Assembly: GCA_028817435.1 (NCBI GenBank)
Contig: JAPPPQ010000048.1
Span: 679 to 64,678 of the forward strand
Reading direction: 5' to 3'
Length of the DNA stretch: 64,000 nt
Source: Deltaproteobacteria bacterium
GTDB taxonomy: Bacteria; Myxococcota_A; UBA9160; UBA6930
Shown piece after piece: positions 51,701 through 57,312 of the stretch (position 1 is its first letter; each line of letters opens with the position of its first letter). Position numbers and translations under genes: made by a program. Below the pieces are notes generated by a model. It searched no databases. It saw only the letters and a list, made by a program, of their open reading frames with translations, and was not told the origin of the DNA.

Positions 51701-54700
51701 ATGCCGCTGTCTCCGGTGGCGCCGCGCAGCCGCAGGGAGAGGGTCTCCGCGCCCTCATTCAGGTTATCGGCGATAATCAGCACCTCGACGGTCTGCGCCG
51801 TTTGCCAATTGCCCGGCGTGAAAGTGAGCGGCGAGGTATCGCCGGTGCTGTAGTCGCCGCTCTCAACGCCGCGCAGCTCCCAGGCCACCGTGGCATTTGC
51901 AGTGGGCGCGGTGCCCGTCAAGTTGACGCTGAAGGTGACCGTATCTCCTTCATTCACCTGCACGCCGCCGGTGGCGTTGTCGCGGTCCATGGTGGCCGCG
52001 TCCACCGCTGCGGCGAAGCTGCGCGGCGACGCTGCGCTCATGGCAATCTGCACTTCGGCGCTCTGTTCGCCCACTGTGCTGCTGCGCTGCACCGTGCCGC
52101 CCCCCGGGCCGACGGCGGGGTTCTCAGCGAGAGTCACCCGCAGCACTTCCGCCATGCTCTCCGCCACGGCGTCCTGGGTAATCTCAATGCGGAGGGCGGC
52201 GCTGGTATCGCCCGCCGGAATCGTCAGGCTGCCGCCCGCGTCGTCAATGTAATCGCCGGCGGTTACATCGCCGCCGATGGTGTAGGAAACCGTCACCGGC
52301 GCGGCGGAGCCATCGGCGGCATCGTCCAGGCGAATGCTGAAGGTGACGATATCGCCCTCGCTCGCAGTGGCGCTGCCGCTCACAATGGAAACGCTGATGG
52401 CGTCGTTATCCGCCAGGCTGGCTGTGGCGGAAGCGTCCGCTTCCGCAACCGATACCGCAGCGCCAAAGGGGCGGATGGCAGAAATAGCGACGCGGAGGGT
52501 CTCCGCCGCCTCGTTCAAAGCGTCGTCCGCCGCCGTCAGCGTAAGATCTGCAAAGGCGGTGGTCATGCCTGTGACGGGGGGAATCTCGAGCACGCCGCCC
52601 GCGGGCGTGAAGGTGCAATCCACAGCCATGCCGCTGCCGCAGCCGGTGACGGCAAAATCCACCATGGCCGCAGCGCCCAGTTCTGCGCCGCTGATGGTAA
52701 TGCGGAACACGGCGGTGCCCGCCGCGCCCGCGCCGCCCTCTGCGAAACCGTCGCCGTCCTGCCGCGCAATGGCGGCCGTGCCGCTTTCATCATCGGTAAT
52801 GGAAACGCCGGCTTTTTCTCCCATGCCGGAGATGCGCCCGCCGCCGCCGCTCACCGCGCCGAGGGTAACTTCCAACTGCTCCGCCGCTTCCAGCAGCGAA
52901 TCGTCTGTGGCGCGGATTTGGATTTCGAGACTCGTTTGCGACGCGCTGAGGGTGAGGCTGCCGCCCGTTGCCTCTGCGCCGAGAGCGGGCTGCGCAATGT
53001 TGTAATCCCCCGCAGTAATTCCCGTGCCGCCCACGCCGAAGGGCACCGTGACATCTTCCACCGGCGTTGCGCCGCCCAGCGCCACCGTAAATGTGGCTGT
53101 TCCCCCCGCCTCGGCAATTGCGCCCGATTCTCCCGCTTTGCGGACAATGCCCACCGAAACCACATCATCATCGGTAATGGTCAGCGTGCCGCTGCGCTCG
53201 TTGGCGTCGGCATCCGCCCCCGCCAGCACAAAGAGCGGGTTGCCGGTGCCGGTAAGGCGCAGCACCAGGGTGCGGGAAGCCTGCGGCGTGGTGTTCTCCG
53301 TGGTTGTGACCGAAATGCCGTGGCTGCTGCTGGAGGTGACCGTCAATGCCAGCGGCGAAGTGAGGGCGCTGTAATCCGTGCCGGATGCAGCAGTGCCCGC
53401 AGGGAGTTCCTCGAAAGCCAGCATGAGCGCGCTGCTCGCCGGGCGCGTGCCGGTGAAGGTAAGTGGCAGCGCGGCCGTTTCGCCTTCTTCCACCTGCACA
53501 TCTCCCAAACTCACCGATACCGGATCGCTGACGGCAATGGAGCCCTGCGCGCTTTGGGCGCTACCGAGGGCGTAGGGTTCCGGATCGCTGGGATCTTGGG
53601 TAATTGCGCCCAGGGTAACGGTGTAAAACTCCTGCGGCTCGACGGCGCTGTCGTCGTAGATGGTAAGCGTGAAGGATTGACTGGCCGCGTTGGCGGCGAT
53701 GGTGACGCTGCCGGTGGGATAGCTGCTGCCGCCGCTGCCGAAATCCTCCGCTGCGGCGTCCTCGTCCATGGTATCCGGGGTGGCGGCCACGCTGTAAGCC
53801 ACCGTGACGGCCATGGGCGGCGCGGTGGTTATGCTGACCGTGAATTCGGCCGTGGCGCCCTCTGCGGTTCCCGCCGCCGATGCCTCGGCCGCAATGCTGA
53901 GGGTGGCCGGGGCGCGCACCTGCAGCGCAATGCGCTGCAGGCTCTGCAGACCGCCGGGGTCTTCGGCCGTCACCGTAATGTTCGCCGTGCCCGCCATGAG
54001 CGGCGTAATGGAGAGCGAACTGCCCATAATGCTCGCCGTTGCAACAGCGGTATCGGAGGATGCCGCGGTGTAGCTGAGCGTATCGCCGTCCGGATCGCTG
54101 AATGCGGTCGAAACATCCAGCGTGCGGACCGCGCCGCCGCCCACCAGCGCCGGGACGCTGATTGTGCCCTGCGCAACCGGCGGGCGGTTTCCGCCCATGC
54201 TCGCGCCGATGGTCCCCGTCGCCACGCTGCGCGTAATGTTGATTGCGCCGCCCTGCCAGGCTTCGGCGTCTTCGCCGCCCACCGCCGCAACGGATTGCAG
54301 GGTGACGCTGAATTGCTCGTTAGCGTCGGAGAGGGCGTCCATGAACAGGGGAATGCGCAGCACCGGATTGGCGGGCATGGCGGGGACGCTCAACCGGCCC
54401 GAGGGAAATGCCGAAGCCGCGCCATCGCCAAAATCGGCCGCAGTGGTCGTGCCGAGGCCCGCCACCGCCCAGTCCAGCAGCAGCGCGCCGCCGCGCTGCC
54501 CGCCGGTCATGGCAATGCTGAATTCGGCGAAATTGCCCTCTGCGGTGGGCGTGGCATCGGAAATGCTGATGGCGATGGGATCGTCATCCGTCAGCGTGGT
54601 GGTGGCCGAGGCGGGGACCGTGCCGGTTGCGCCGGCTGCGCCGGGCTCGACGGAAAGTGAAACGCTGAATTCTTCGGTGGCCTCGTTCAGCGCATCGTTC

Positions 54701-57057
54701 GTGGGCGTAATGGTAATGGTGTGCGGGCCGCTGTTGCTGGCGGGCCACATGATATTGCCGCTGACGGCCGTGAAATCCGCAGCCGAGGCGGGCGCTGCGC
54801 CGCTGCCGCCAATGGCCCAGTTCACCTGGGTCTCTGCGGCAAACTGCATTCCGGTGAGCGTCGCCATGTAGCTCAGCGCGCCGCCGTTTTCGGCGGCGCT
54901 GGTGGGGCCGGAGAGCGACAGCGTGCGCGTTGGCATATTGCCGCTGGCCGCAATGGTGAAGTAGGTGGGGGGATCGTCCCGAAAATTGGCGAGGACATCC
55001 GAGAAGGAAGTTGTGCGCAATGCGGTTGGGCCAGAGGCGCGCTCATCACTGGCGATCAGAACTGTTTCCGCTGCCTCCGTCGCAGCGTCTGCAACAACCT
55101 GAATTTGAACGGTGAAGGCAGTCTGCACATTTGCGGGAATGTGCACATTGAATCGCAGGCAGGGCCGATTTGTAGTGGAGATTGTACATCGGCCGGGCGC
55201 GACCCCGGAGACACGATCTCCACTGATGCGGATATCTGCGGCAGAGCTGATGGCGGCAGCGGCGCCCGAGACTGTTCGCGACAATTCGATATCTCCCGCC
55301 ATCCAAATTCCCACGGGAAGAAGGACTTCCCTGCGAGGTCCAGGGAGCATAGCGGCGACGCCGGGATCAAGGCTGGAAGGGGCGATGGTAAATTGCACCT
55401 CTACCGTCTCGCCCTCTTGCACCGTGGTGGTCCCCACATTTCCACTCCGGGAGGTAACCGTTTGATCGGCATTGACGATGCTGGTGGAGATATCCCAAGC
55501 ATCGTTCTGCCCAAGGGAAGAAAAATGACCTCCCGCCAGAATGCTGCCGGTGGCGCGGGATTTCAGCAGGCTGACGGTCCCCGGCATCGGGCTGCTGAGA
55601 ATGACATCATAGAATTCCTCGGCAGACTCGAATCGGGATTGCGTGCCCTCACTATCATCAGAGAATTCAATTGTGATGGTCTTGATCCGCTCGCGCTGCG
55701 CGTGCCGGAAGGTGAGCGTGCCATCGTAGGAAGTCATCGTACCGACATTGATTCTGAAATCGGTGTAGAAGCCACGCACATCGCCGGTGGGCGCGCGCAC
55801 TTCCGCATTGGGGGTTCCCGGATTCTGATCCGGCCCGACCCTCCAATTCACCGTGACATCCTGCGCCGGCGGATTCAGCAGCGTGACCGTGAAAGTCGCA
55901 GTCTCGAACTCTTCCCGCCGCAGCGCATTCGTCGCATCTATGCGCAGCTGCGGCGTGAGCTGGAAATCGTTGAAGGCGATGGCGGCGCTGGCGCTGGCGG
56001 CGCTGATATCCGGCGCGGGACTCAGGCCGCTGATGCTGCTCACCGTCAGGATGATGGTCTCTGCGCTCTCCTCCTCTATATCGTCGAGCAGCGCGAGCAC
56101 CACCTCTCCGCTGCTGCTGTCCGCCGCAATGGTCAGGCTGCCGCTCACCCCGTCCGCCGCAACGCTGCCGCCGCTGGTGACGCGGTAATCCATGCCCTGC
56201 GCGGCAGTGCCCGTGAGCGCCCAGTTGACCGTCGCCTCTTCCGTGCGCGTGCTGCCGCCAAATGTGATGCTGAAAGTGAGGGTGCCGCCCTCCGACACCT
56301 GCTGCGGCGTGGCCGAGACATCCAGCGTCACCTGCGCCCACCCCGGCGCGGCCCCCAGCATGAACGCCAGCACCACCCCGCCCAGCCGCAACGCCCCCGC
56401 ATGCACCCCGAGCCGCCCCAGCCGCGCCCGCAAGCCCTCTCCCCGCCGCGACCCAAGCCGCACGCCAGGAACTGCGATGGGGAGAGCGCCATGGAGCGCG
56501 GCGGAGGGCGCGCCGTTGGCCGCGGCGGGGCGAGCGCCGTTGATGGCGCCGTCGGCTGCGGCGGGGGGCGCGCCGTTGATGGTGCCGTTGGCCGCGGCGG
56601 GGCGAGCGCCGTTGGCCGCGCCATTGGCCGCGGCGGGAGGCGCGCCATTCACCGCGGCGGGGCGAGCGCCGTTGGCCGCGCCGTTGGCCGCGGCGGGAGG
56701 CGCGCCGTTGACCGGCGGCGGGGGCGGGTGCTCCGCTGCGGCGGCCGCGGGATCGGCGACCACATCGAAAAGCTCAATCTCAACCTCGCCGGGCGGCGGG
56801 GCGGCCGGCGCGGGGTCGGCGGCCGGGGCGTCCCCCGTGGGGAGAGACCAGGTGAAGGCGGGGCGGCAGGGGCGGCGGGGGCGCAGCTTCTCAAACAGGG
56901 CCAGGCCGGCGTCGCACAGCCAATTGAAGCGCGGGAAGCGCGGCTGCGGCGCAGCGGGCGCGGGAGAGCAATCCAGCAGGCCGGCGCGCAGAGGGCGCGC
57001 GGCGGACGGGGCGAAACCGCGCCCGCCGAACCCGGGCCCCGAGAAGCCCGCTCGCAT
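36763..57057 (-). CDS. Giant (~6,760 aa) surface protein. It has an N-terminal Pro/Ala-rich extension, a signal-peptide-like segment, dozens of Calx-beta-like repeats, one cadherin/Ig-like module, and a C-terminal autotransporter (type Va) beta-barrel.
   Basis: A single open frame with high third-position GC throughout. Repeated motifs include ALNEATEEFSVSLS, DDALNEAPEVFLVTI, GDNLNEAGEAFTVQISI and TLTDDDPIAISI. The C-terminus ends ...HQLRLNIELPF. The start is uncertain: the first ATG after the trpC-divergent intergenic region is at 57057, and an alternative GTG at 56463 lies directly before RLGSRRGEGLRARLGRLGVHAGALRLGGVVLAFMLGAAPGWA/QV. The listed ORF start at 58089 is antisense to trpC and was rejected. 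Confidence 0.85.
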   Translation of the reverse strand: MRAGFSGPGFGGRGFAPSAARPLRAGLLDCSPAPAAPQPRFPRFNWLCDAGLALFEKLRPRRPCRPAFTWSLPTGDAPAADPAPAAPPPGEVEIELFDVVADPAAAAAEHPPPPPVNGAPPAAANGAANGARPAAVNGAPPAAANGAANGARPAAANGTINGAPPAAADGAINGARPAAANGAPSAALHGALPIAVPGVRLGSRRGEGLRARLGRLGVHAGALRLGGVVLAFMLGAAPGWAQVTLDVSATPQQVSEGGTLTFSITFGGSTRTEEATVNWALTGTAAQGMDYRVTSGGSVAADGVSGSLTIAADSSSGEVVLALLDDIEEESAETIILTVSSISGLSPAPDISAASASAAIAFNDFQLTPQLRIDATNALRREEFETATFTVTLLNPPAQDVTVNWRVGPDQNPGTPNAEVRAPTGDVRGFYTDFRINVGTMTSYDGTLTFRHAQRERIKTITIEFSDDSEGTQSRFESAEEFYDVILSSPMPGTVSLLKSRATGSILAGGHFSSLGQNDAWDISTSIVNADQTVTSRSGNVGTTTVQEGETVEVQFTIAPSSLDPGVAAMLPGPRREVLLPVGIWMAGDIELSRTVSGAAAAISSAADIRISGDRVSGVAPGRCTISTTNRPCLRFNVHIPANVQTAFTVQIQVVADAATEAAETVLIASDERASGPTALRTTSFSDVLANFRDDPPTYFTIAASGNMPTRTLSLSGPTSAAENGGALSYMATLTGMQFAAETQVNWAIGGSGAAPASAADFTAVSGNIMWPASNSGPHTITITPTNDALNEATEEFSVSLSVEPGAAGATGTVPASATTTLTDDDPIAISISDATPTAEGNFAEFSIAMTGGQRGGALLLDWAVAGLGTTTAADFGDGAASAFPSGRLSVPAMPANPVLRIPLFMDALSDANEQFSVTLQSVAAVGGEDAEAWQGGAINITRSVATGTIGASMGGNRPPVAQGTISVPALVGGGAVRTLDVSTAFSDPDGDTLSYTAASSDTAVATASIMGSSLSITPLMAGTANITVTAEDPGGLQSLQRIALQVRAPATLSIAAEASAAGTAEGATAEFTVSITTAPPMAVTVAYSVAATPDTMDEDAAAEDFGSGGSSYPTGSVTIAANAASQSFTLTIYDDSAVEPQEFYTVTLGAITQDPSDPEPYALGSAQSAQGSIAVSDPVSVSLGDVQVEEGETAALPLTFTGTRPASSALMLAFEELPAGTAASGTDYSALTSPLALTVTSSSSHGISVTTTENTTPQASRTLVLRLTGTGNPLFVLAGADADANERSGTLTITDDDVVSVGIVRKAGESGAIAEAGGTATFTVALGGATPVEDVTVPFGVGGTGITAGDYNIAQPALGAEATGGSLTLSASQTSLEIQIRATDDSLLEAAEQLEVTLGAVSGGGGRISGMGEKAGVSITDDESGTAAIARQDGDGFAEGGAGAAGTAVFRITISGAELGAAAMVDFAVTGCGSGMAVDCTFTPAGGVLEIPPVTGMTTAFADLTLTAADDALNEAAETLRVAISAIRPFGAAVSVAEADASATASLADNDAISVSIVSGSATASEGDIVTFSIRLDDAADGSAAPVTVSYTIGGDVTAGDYIDDAGGSLTIPAGDTSAALRIEITQDAVAESMAEVLRVTLAENPAVGPGGGTVQRSSTVGEQSAEVQIAMSAASPRSFAAAVDAATMDRDNATGGVQVNEGDTVTFSVNLTGTAPTANATVAWELRGVESGDYSTGDTSPLTFTPGNWQTAQTVEVLIIADNLNEGAETLSLRLRGATGDSGIATATASVDITASNTISYAIGADQSSAETNGATITFSVTLSGASAGSAGGAVRIPVSVASSSTATAVDDYSISPSALVFAAATQDSAAVLSQDITLTIAGDSLSEAAEIVRIELGAPTTGAGGGMFSATRANAALTISDNDNLSISVEGPDAAVAEGSDAVFTLTIAGGVPSADLTLSYTLSGTGIAAADIDAHNSLSSTFTITRTAVEADPAGEVSLSLGITDDADPEAAETLTLTLDSVTAGAGGGAVSASGSDTATISASDPLSVSVARMDSGDLVEGAADDSGAAVFRVSISGGVSLAAVSVPFSVSGMGITAADYEIESPSGGTLNIGSGVAMGDITIRALSDNLNEAAETLQLTLQTPSGGGGLAPSLGTATASAVIAKSDPATLNLAVIRGGGDFSSGGIREGQAAIFRVTLSVPSAADISVNWATNRVAHWNQNRFTERHTNSNPEFTTAGGVTLNGPLNARGTVTILAGTVSRQFTLTPAVDGLPELQFGNFNELFNVAVTGETVSMGGGDVTRGTVSVQAAIQRSSATPRSVTVQLESTTDRDTSADGVQVDEGDTVTFRISLVGAVAGMPAPTANVTVNYAITGAESTDYMVTGGNMASGTLTFTPSNWQTAQTRAVMIADDALNEGAESITLRLSNASGGGSGGTALAEDSAAVEIRPSDPATLRMARTSPAMLSTEITEGSAATFRVTLSAASEGPVNFDFSAAVDMQQNTGPANNAANPDLSAPGATATMAGGIAGMGSIAAGMTTADLVITAVEDGRAEMAEQFSVNLSAPAPGANAGPVSLDAAPANRSASARIASSTAVTRNFALSGPGGVDPSNVNEGSAAQFTITRTGPSLPPGTMLEITWNAAPAVSTQDNPLNPTEAADLSAAAGSVTFSGSDSSETFSITAMGDALNEGTETFTVSISARSGAWTLGDPVTTTITDDTADEIVATVSGGGNVAEGANAAITVALSGGTPTAAVVLSYTLGADANNGTVDADAATDLTDSGNGAFTIALADLTTPPHTFNIAAVDDALNEAPEVFLVTIDAVSSAGTASARGSPRTFTITDGDDISVSIDQASGEPATVDEGQPARFTVTLAGPSSGSAAEITVPYKVETSGTGYTPTDAGNGSLRIAAGQTSGTITLQMPLSATLGAGDDDQTVTVTLTGDEPATMDNDEGPTAASGGGNVARSSVPAAQSAEVMVNFVDAARTLSVTGPATINENDDATGGASGAYTVTLTGMAFTAASTTVTWTLTHVGTADADFVAASDRSGSVTFSSSDGNNSTKNFNIRAAGDNLNEAGEAFTVQISITDPDADGGTDYGAAASTTIADDDSITATLSGGGSVAEGSNAVVTVTLSGGTPTAAVVLRYTLGADANNGTVDADTAMDITDGGGGSFTIATTDTAPHSFNIAAVADAINEAPEVFLVNAGTVSSTGTAGAAGSPQTFTITDGNDITVSIARASVTQATVDEGQSANFTVTLSGASGGSVADITVPYMVAISGTGYAPTDSGGGSLTISARQTSGTITLQMPLSATLGATSDDQTVTVTLAVDDATTPSMDEGPTAASGGGNVARSSTPADQSAQVAVNFVEAARTLSVTGPATINENDDATDGASGAYTVTLTGMAFTAASTTVTWTLTHVGTADADFVAASDRSGSVTFSSSDGDTSAKNFNIRAAGDNLNEAGEAFTVQVSITDPDADGGTDYGAAASTTISDDDPIAVGVTTTTAVSEGGNAVLNVDLGAIPSRDVTVAYTLGNTSATTDVDATPSGMGADLTDTSGGSITITAAGGVATGSITVGIGADNRNESAETFTVAITAAGISGAHGAASVASGGTQTFTIAESDPITVSIARARSTMSTVAEGQSAEFTVTLAGASAGSAAEITVPYAVTPSGSYTPTDSGSGSLRIAAGQTSGTITLQMPISATLGAGDDDQTVTVTLAGDDATTPSMDEGPTAASGGGNVARSSTPADQSAQVAVNFVEAARTLSVTGPATINENDDATNGASGAYTVTLTGTAFTAASTTVTWTLTHGSTTDADFVAATDRSGSVTFATSDGNNSTKNFNIRAAGDDLNEAGETFTVQVSIANPNTDGGTDYGAAASTTIADDDPVTVAITRASGSGAVNEDSGALNFTVTLAGGGRASGVSTVVPFTISGTGITAGDYDITAPAPAPATTATGHSITIAHGSTTGAITVNITDDMLNEATESLSVTGAAASASGLRLTGAGAGGVEYTSSGNTVSVPITDGDPISVSIAVSGTDAAATAAGHQVEEGGEATFLVTLSKASASQVTVPYAIDTGPGNVQAADYTDSGGGRLMIAAGSTSGTIRISLAEDADTQSENLTVTLATSGYMAAGVIARSNTPGEQSATAEVITRSNERTLTLRPAVAGPYAEGNSNTMRTFYVEFGAGVAFSGNTDVTWTITPGATNPTEAGDFAATTGTVTIPGGSTAQAFFDITIVGDNLNEANENFSINLSAPDSQTDIGDAVELTINDDDAITYSISGGGNVAENGGNATFVFALSGASEGAVTIPFTLSGTAQCAAASDMTRDCTTPSPLTVTVAAGATSENLSIAIHNDTVNEAAETIIVSLGMTPTLGAEAGEVTRTTTTAMQSATATITDNDEIRVSLVIVPSSVKEGDSAVFNVTVYSTPDVITRSAPVQVTYAIAGSGTSRASSADYRDDTVGATKTASGGTLTIPANAQTMPIRLAILSDSRQEMAEGLGVTITAASSAGVVHLGGTSDPTSTPSDTHLINQEVTIPANAQFAYTVSVSVPSGVLTEPRVRTTSTDKAVFTLSVTQDSGSAAARSGTATIAYTISGSAAGTDYIAPAGYTASTMRGEVSLPEGDNSVTVTFPIAADTLNEGDETIIFTLRAITGAAAGNLGRAANAADRSATATIDENDALAVLVTRDTANFNEGATATFSVRLQPMDSTAILSTNFTMDYTLGGVEAADVRGETGSGLVAGTLGGTLEIAVGSSMGAIEIRAVADNLNEAAESLSLNIACDAPTTVGPASIATALCDRDTGMLRIPPSTISASDPITISIAAPAPDSVSEGSDAVFAVTLSGAIAGSEAAIMLPYSVADFTQANTDATNAPNTGANPDIEGGAAGGGLSGQRITIAAGTVSAMIRIPLQQDGLAEGAETFTVTLGTPVPGSGAGAVSLGASQASATIPANAAFTRFLSVTIGAQDSTARTANVAEGEAAQFNVKLEGAAPEDGMPVTVDWSASGTSETADHGCTSGTFSFTAVGTQPMSCPIRADGLNEAAETLIFTLSNPMGGGTGGVGIRGTAQASATATISASDPITYSITGPAGAFTEGAMSQGAARTLDFSVLLTGRSEGEVVIPFEVDSSTQTGGTARGGVAGDVVRDFTTPTPLSVRIAAGQLSGTIAIEVHNDRRNEAPESIVIALLPETHGSFSTGAEAGAVTRIATAAAQRATAMITDDAADALVLSIARISGTEVREGQSAVFEVSIPSGGADPVSSAALCVPYTIGGNGISVSDYTDTTPRAANAPCMGMLRIAAGASTGRITLEIRPDGTAEAAETLRVTLGTPTSAGAARVGANGMAQVVIPANAAAAHIVNISAAAAQVAEAPDANAIFNLSVVDATPRTRNITITYQIDSSSTAAAVDYTAPYTGASGMLSIAAAGTIAQISIPITNDGLNEGAETLVLRLLSATGGSNHQSAVGTATATVTLMPSDPLTAVLSRIGSGDLVEGGTGGAESAMLRVSLSGAELSADVSLPWRITGAVAGAVTAADLSLSANAGRVSGTLGGTLTIAQTANPTEITITLSAVADNLNEAAEMFTLALLDEAPPRPASERPGSAGPVMVSRTPGQASAALQLASSDPLTVGIAAPNPASLREGQIAVFTVTLSGASAGSAAAVMIPWSAQIAAQQNAAGEPNTDALPDFCFLPAASDSCSPRTGNAVLANAAGMLGPQQLVIAAGQTSAQLRIQALFDNLDEGTTDEQLTLSLQAPTAAAGGGTVALAAAANRSAAVDIVNVNALRTLAVATPAPVQESANIVFEVELEGMAPEQEFSVPWTLVPGSASGPQQSGLAREIGRNHGGAHPDDPDIGMPSVSSGAVGGPLSGTLIFPAGSLNSQSVTVPTLQDPLNEGRESLRLELGPVPETAGGGGSGGIPATQVVARRASAEIMPSDPIMASIVRESSALVDGGEAVYRVSFGCADDSASSAGGCIPIVSTTRVRVSYTWTIAGTSMQDDVTLESGATDGEIRVPMSATADVADDDIVELMVNLDDAEAVDRDGDPLPPGESPMVPRPDPAPIVTQIADWTLELTPNGGQVFEGSTLVLTATLNGGRSLDTALRVAWQVSVSGVLRAESEDFAGEDGAALMSFPSGSFEFASGAVPGSTHSFRIRVRADGDSNAADPVDQPERFQVTLMRARGNLNMAVAVDTQPAEFTIPARQSSELAQRRGARLRTLLGVLDRSSAQLATDVISARMGRSPGPPPWGSLSLAGRELLRGGAAGAREDAKDAGGAAAEGIGLALYGAAGRGGADSGLGGAAVGGAAVGGGAGIPGASGAAAFGGLGAGLSQHANRWQGSELPSLAELLNGSSFNARSEGIAPNWTGITGVVIWGAGGATQLEGAPLRGERTLSYEGDNYAGFLGMESMLGDSLMAGVALGYSGGDIEFSESAAAGDASDVAMRGNIENQRWSVHPYFGWWLTPELQTWMVLGWGTGDTTIEERENTVGAETLRRAEGGSSMWMASGGASGNVPLGPFVDLALRVSATRVHSELESTRFADITTGTAVGGTPLPKQRTRSLRLGGEAEVSSLLALGGDLRLRPFASAEVHMDRGDDVIRDATRSREIAFDLGGGVVLTWPSRGLDLRLEGASQVNDTGHEEVRFSLDMGYDRGADARGFTFALQSALAQTALQSGWPATTPHSTPVGSSLNAAGQHSLSGELAYGAALHPFGRPGLLTPYAAFSLGAQRRYATGLRFQSPRGLKIRLEGATENASTPNHQLRLNIELPF
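36766..37962 (-). other. Autotransporter-type beta-barrel translocator domain of the giant protein
   Basis: VVIWGAGGATQLEG...YAGFLGMESMLGDSLMAGVALGYSGG...WSVHPYFGWWLTPELQTWMVLGWGTGD. The region shows alternating hydrophobic strands and a terminal aromatic residue (Phe). Confidence 0.7.
45400..48900. repeat. Three tandem ~1.15-1.17 kb coding super-repeats (about 385 aa, roughly four Calx-beta modules each) inside the giant gene
   Basis: The marker string atcatcgttttcgttgatgg recurs at 45721, 46891 and 48043 (spacing 1170 and 1152 bp). Protein blocks ARTLSVTGPATINENDDAT...NFNIRAAGDNLNEAGEAFTVQ occur three times, nearly identically. Confidence 0.85.
53917..54185 (-). other. Single cadherin-like / bacterial Ig-like module embedded in the Calx-beta array
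   Basis: PVAQGTISVPALVGGGAVRTLDVSTAFSDPDGDTLSYTAASSDTAVATASIMGSSLSITPLMAGTANITVTAEDPGGLQSLQRIALQV. Confidence 0.5.
56500..56716. repeat. 60-bp tandem repeat (two near-perfect units plus one or two diverged units) encoding an N-G-A-P-rich 20-aa repeat
   Basis: Units 56593-56652 and 56653-56712 differ at only a few bases. On the minus strand the in-frame translation is VNGAPPAAANGAANGARPAA x2, followed by variants. Confidence 0.85.
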
Positions 57058-57312
57058 GAGAACAGGGCTCTTCACTTGCCAGCTCAGCCAGTAACGCGCT
57101 CCGCGCTGGCGGCGCGGGGCGCGGCCTCCCCTATCCGTCCTAATGGCCAATGGCCAGGTTCCTCGAATGGGGGAAGCTTTCAGTTCAGCGGGCCGAAACC
57201 TGCCCAACTTTTTCCCGCCGCGCAACCCCCAGGGAAATTTTCCCGTCCCCCAGGGGACGCCCTGACAGCCTGGGGCAAAAGAAACGCTACTCTCCGGGAA
57301 AAAGGAGGCGCC
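57058..57312. promoter_or_regulatory. Divergent intergenic region between the giant gene and trpC. It presumably holds both promoters.
   Basis: This is the only clearly non-coding, AT-richer stretch here. It contains CCCCCAGGG motifs at 57226 and 57248, and AAAGGAGG 5 nt before the trpC ATG. No -35/-10 pair could be assigned with confidence. Confidence 0.4.

Noticed and set aside
36763-57057. The possibility that the many regular repeats represent a CRISPR array or other non-coding satellite.
   Set aside because: The repeats are ~300-1170 bp coding units in one continuous frame, with no short repeat-spacer structure. No cas genes lie nearby.
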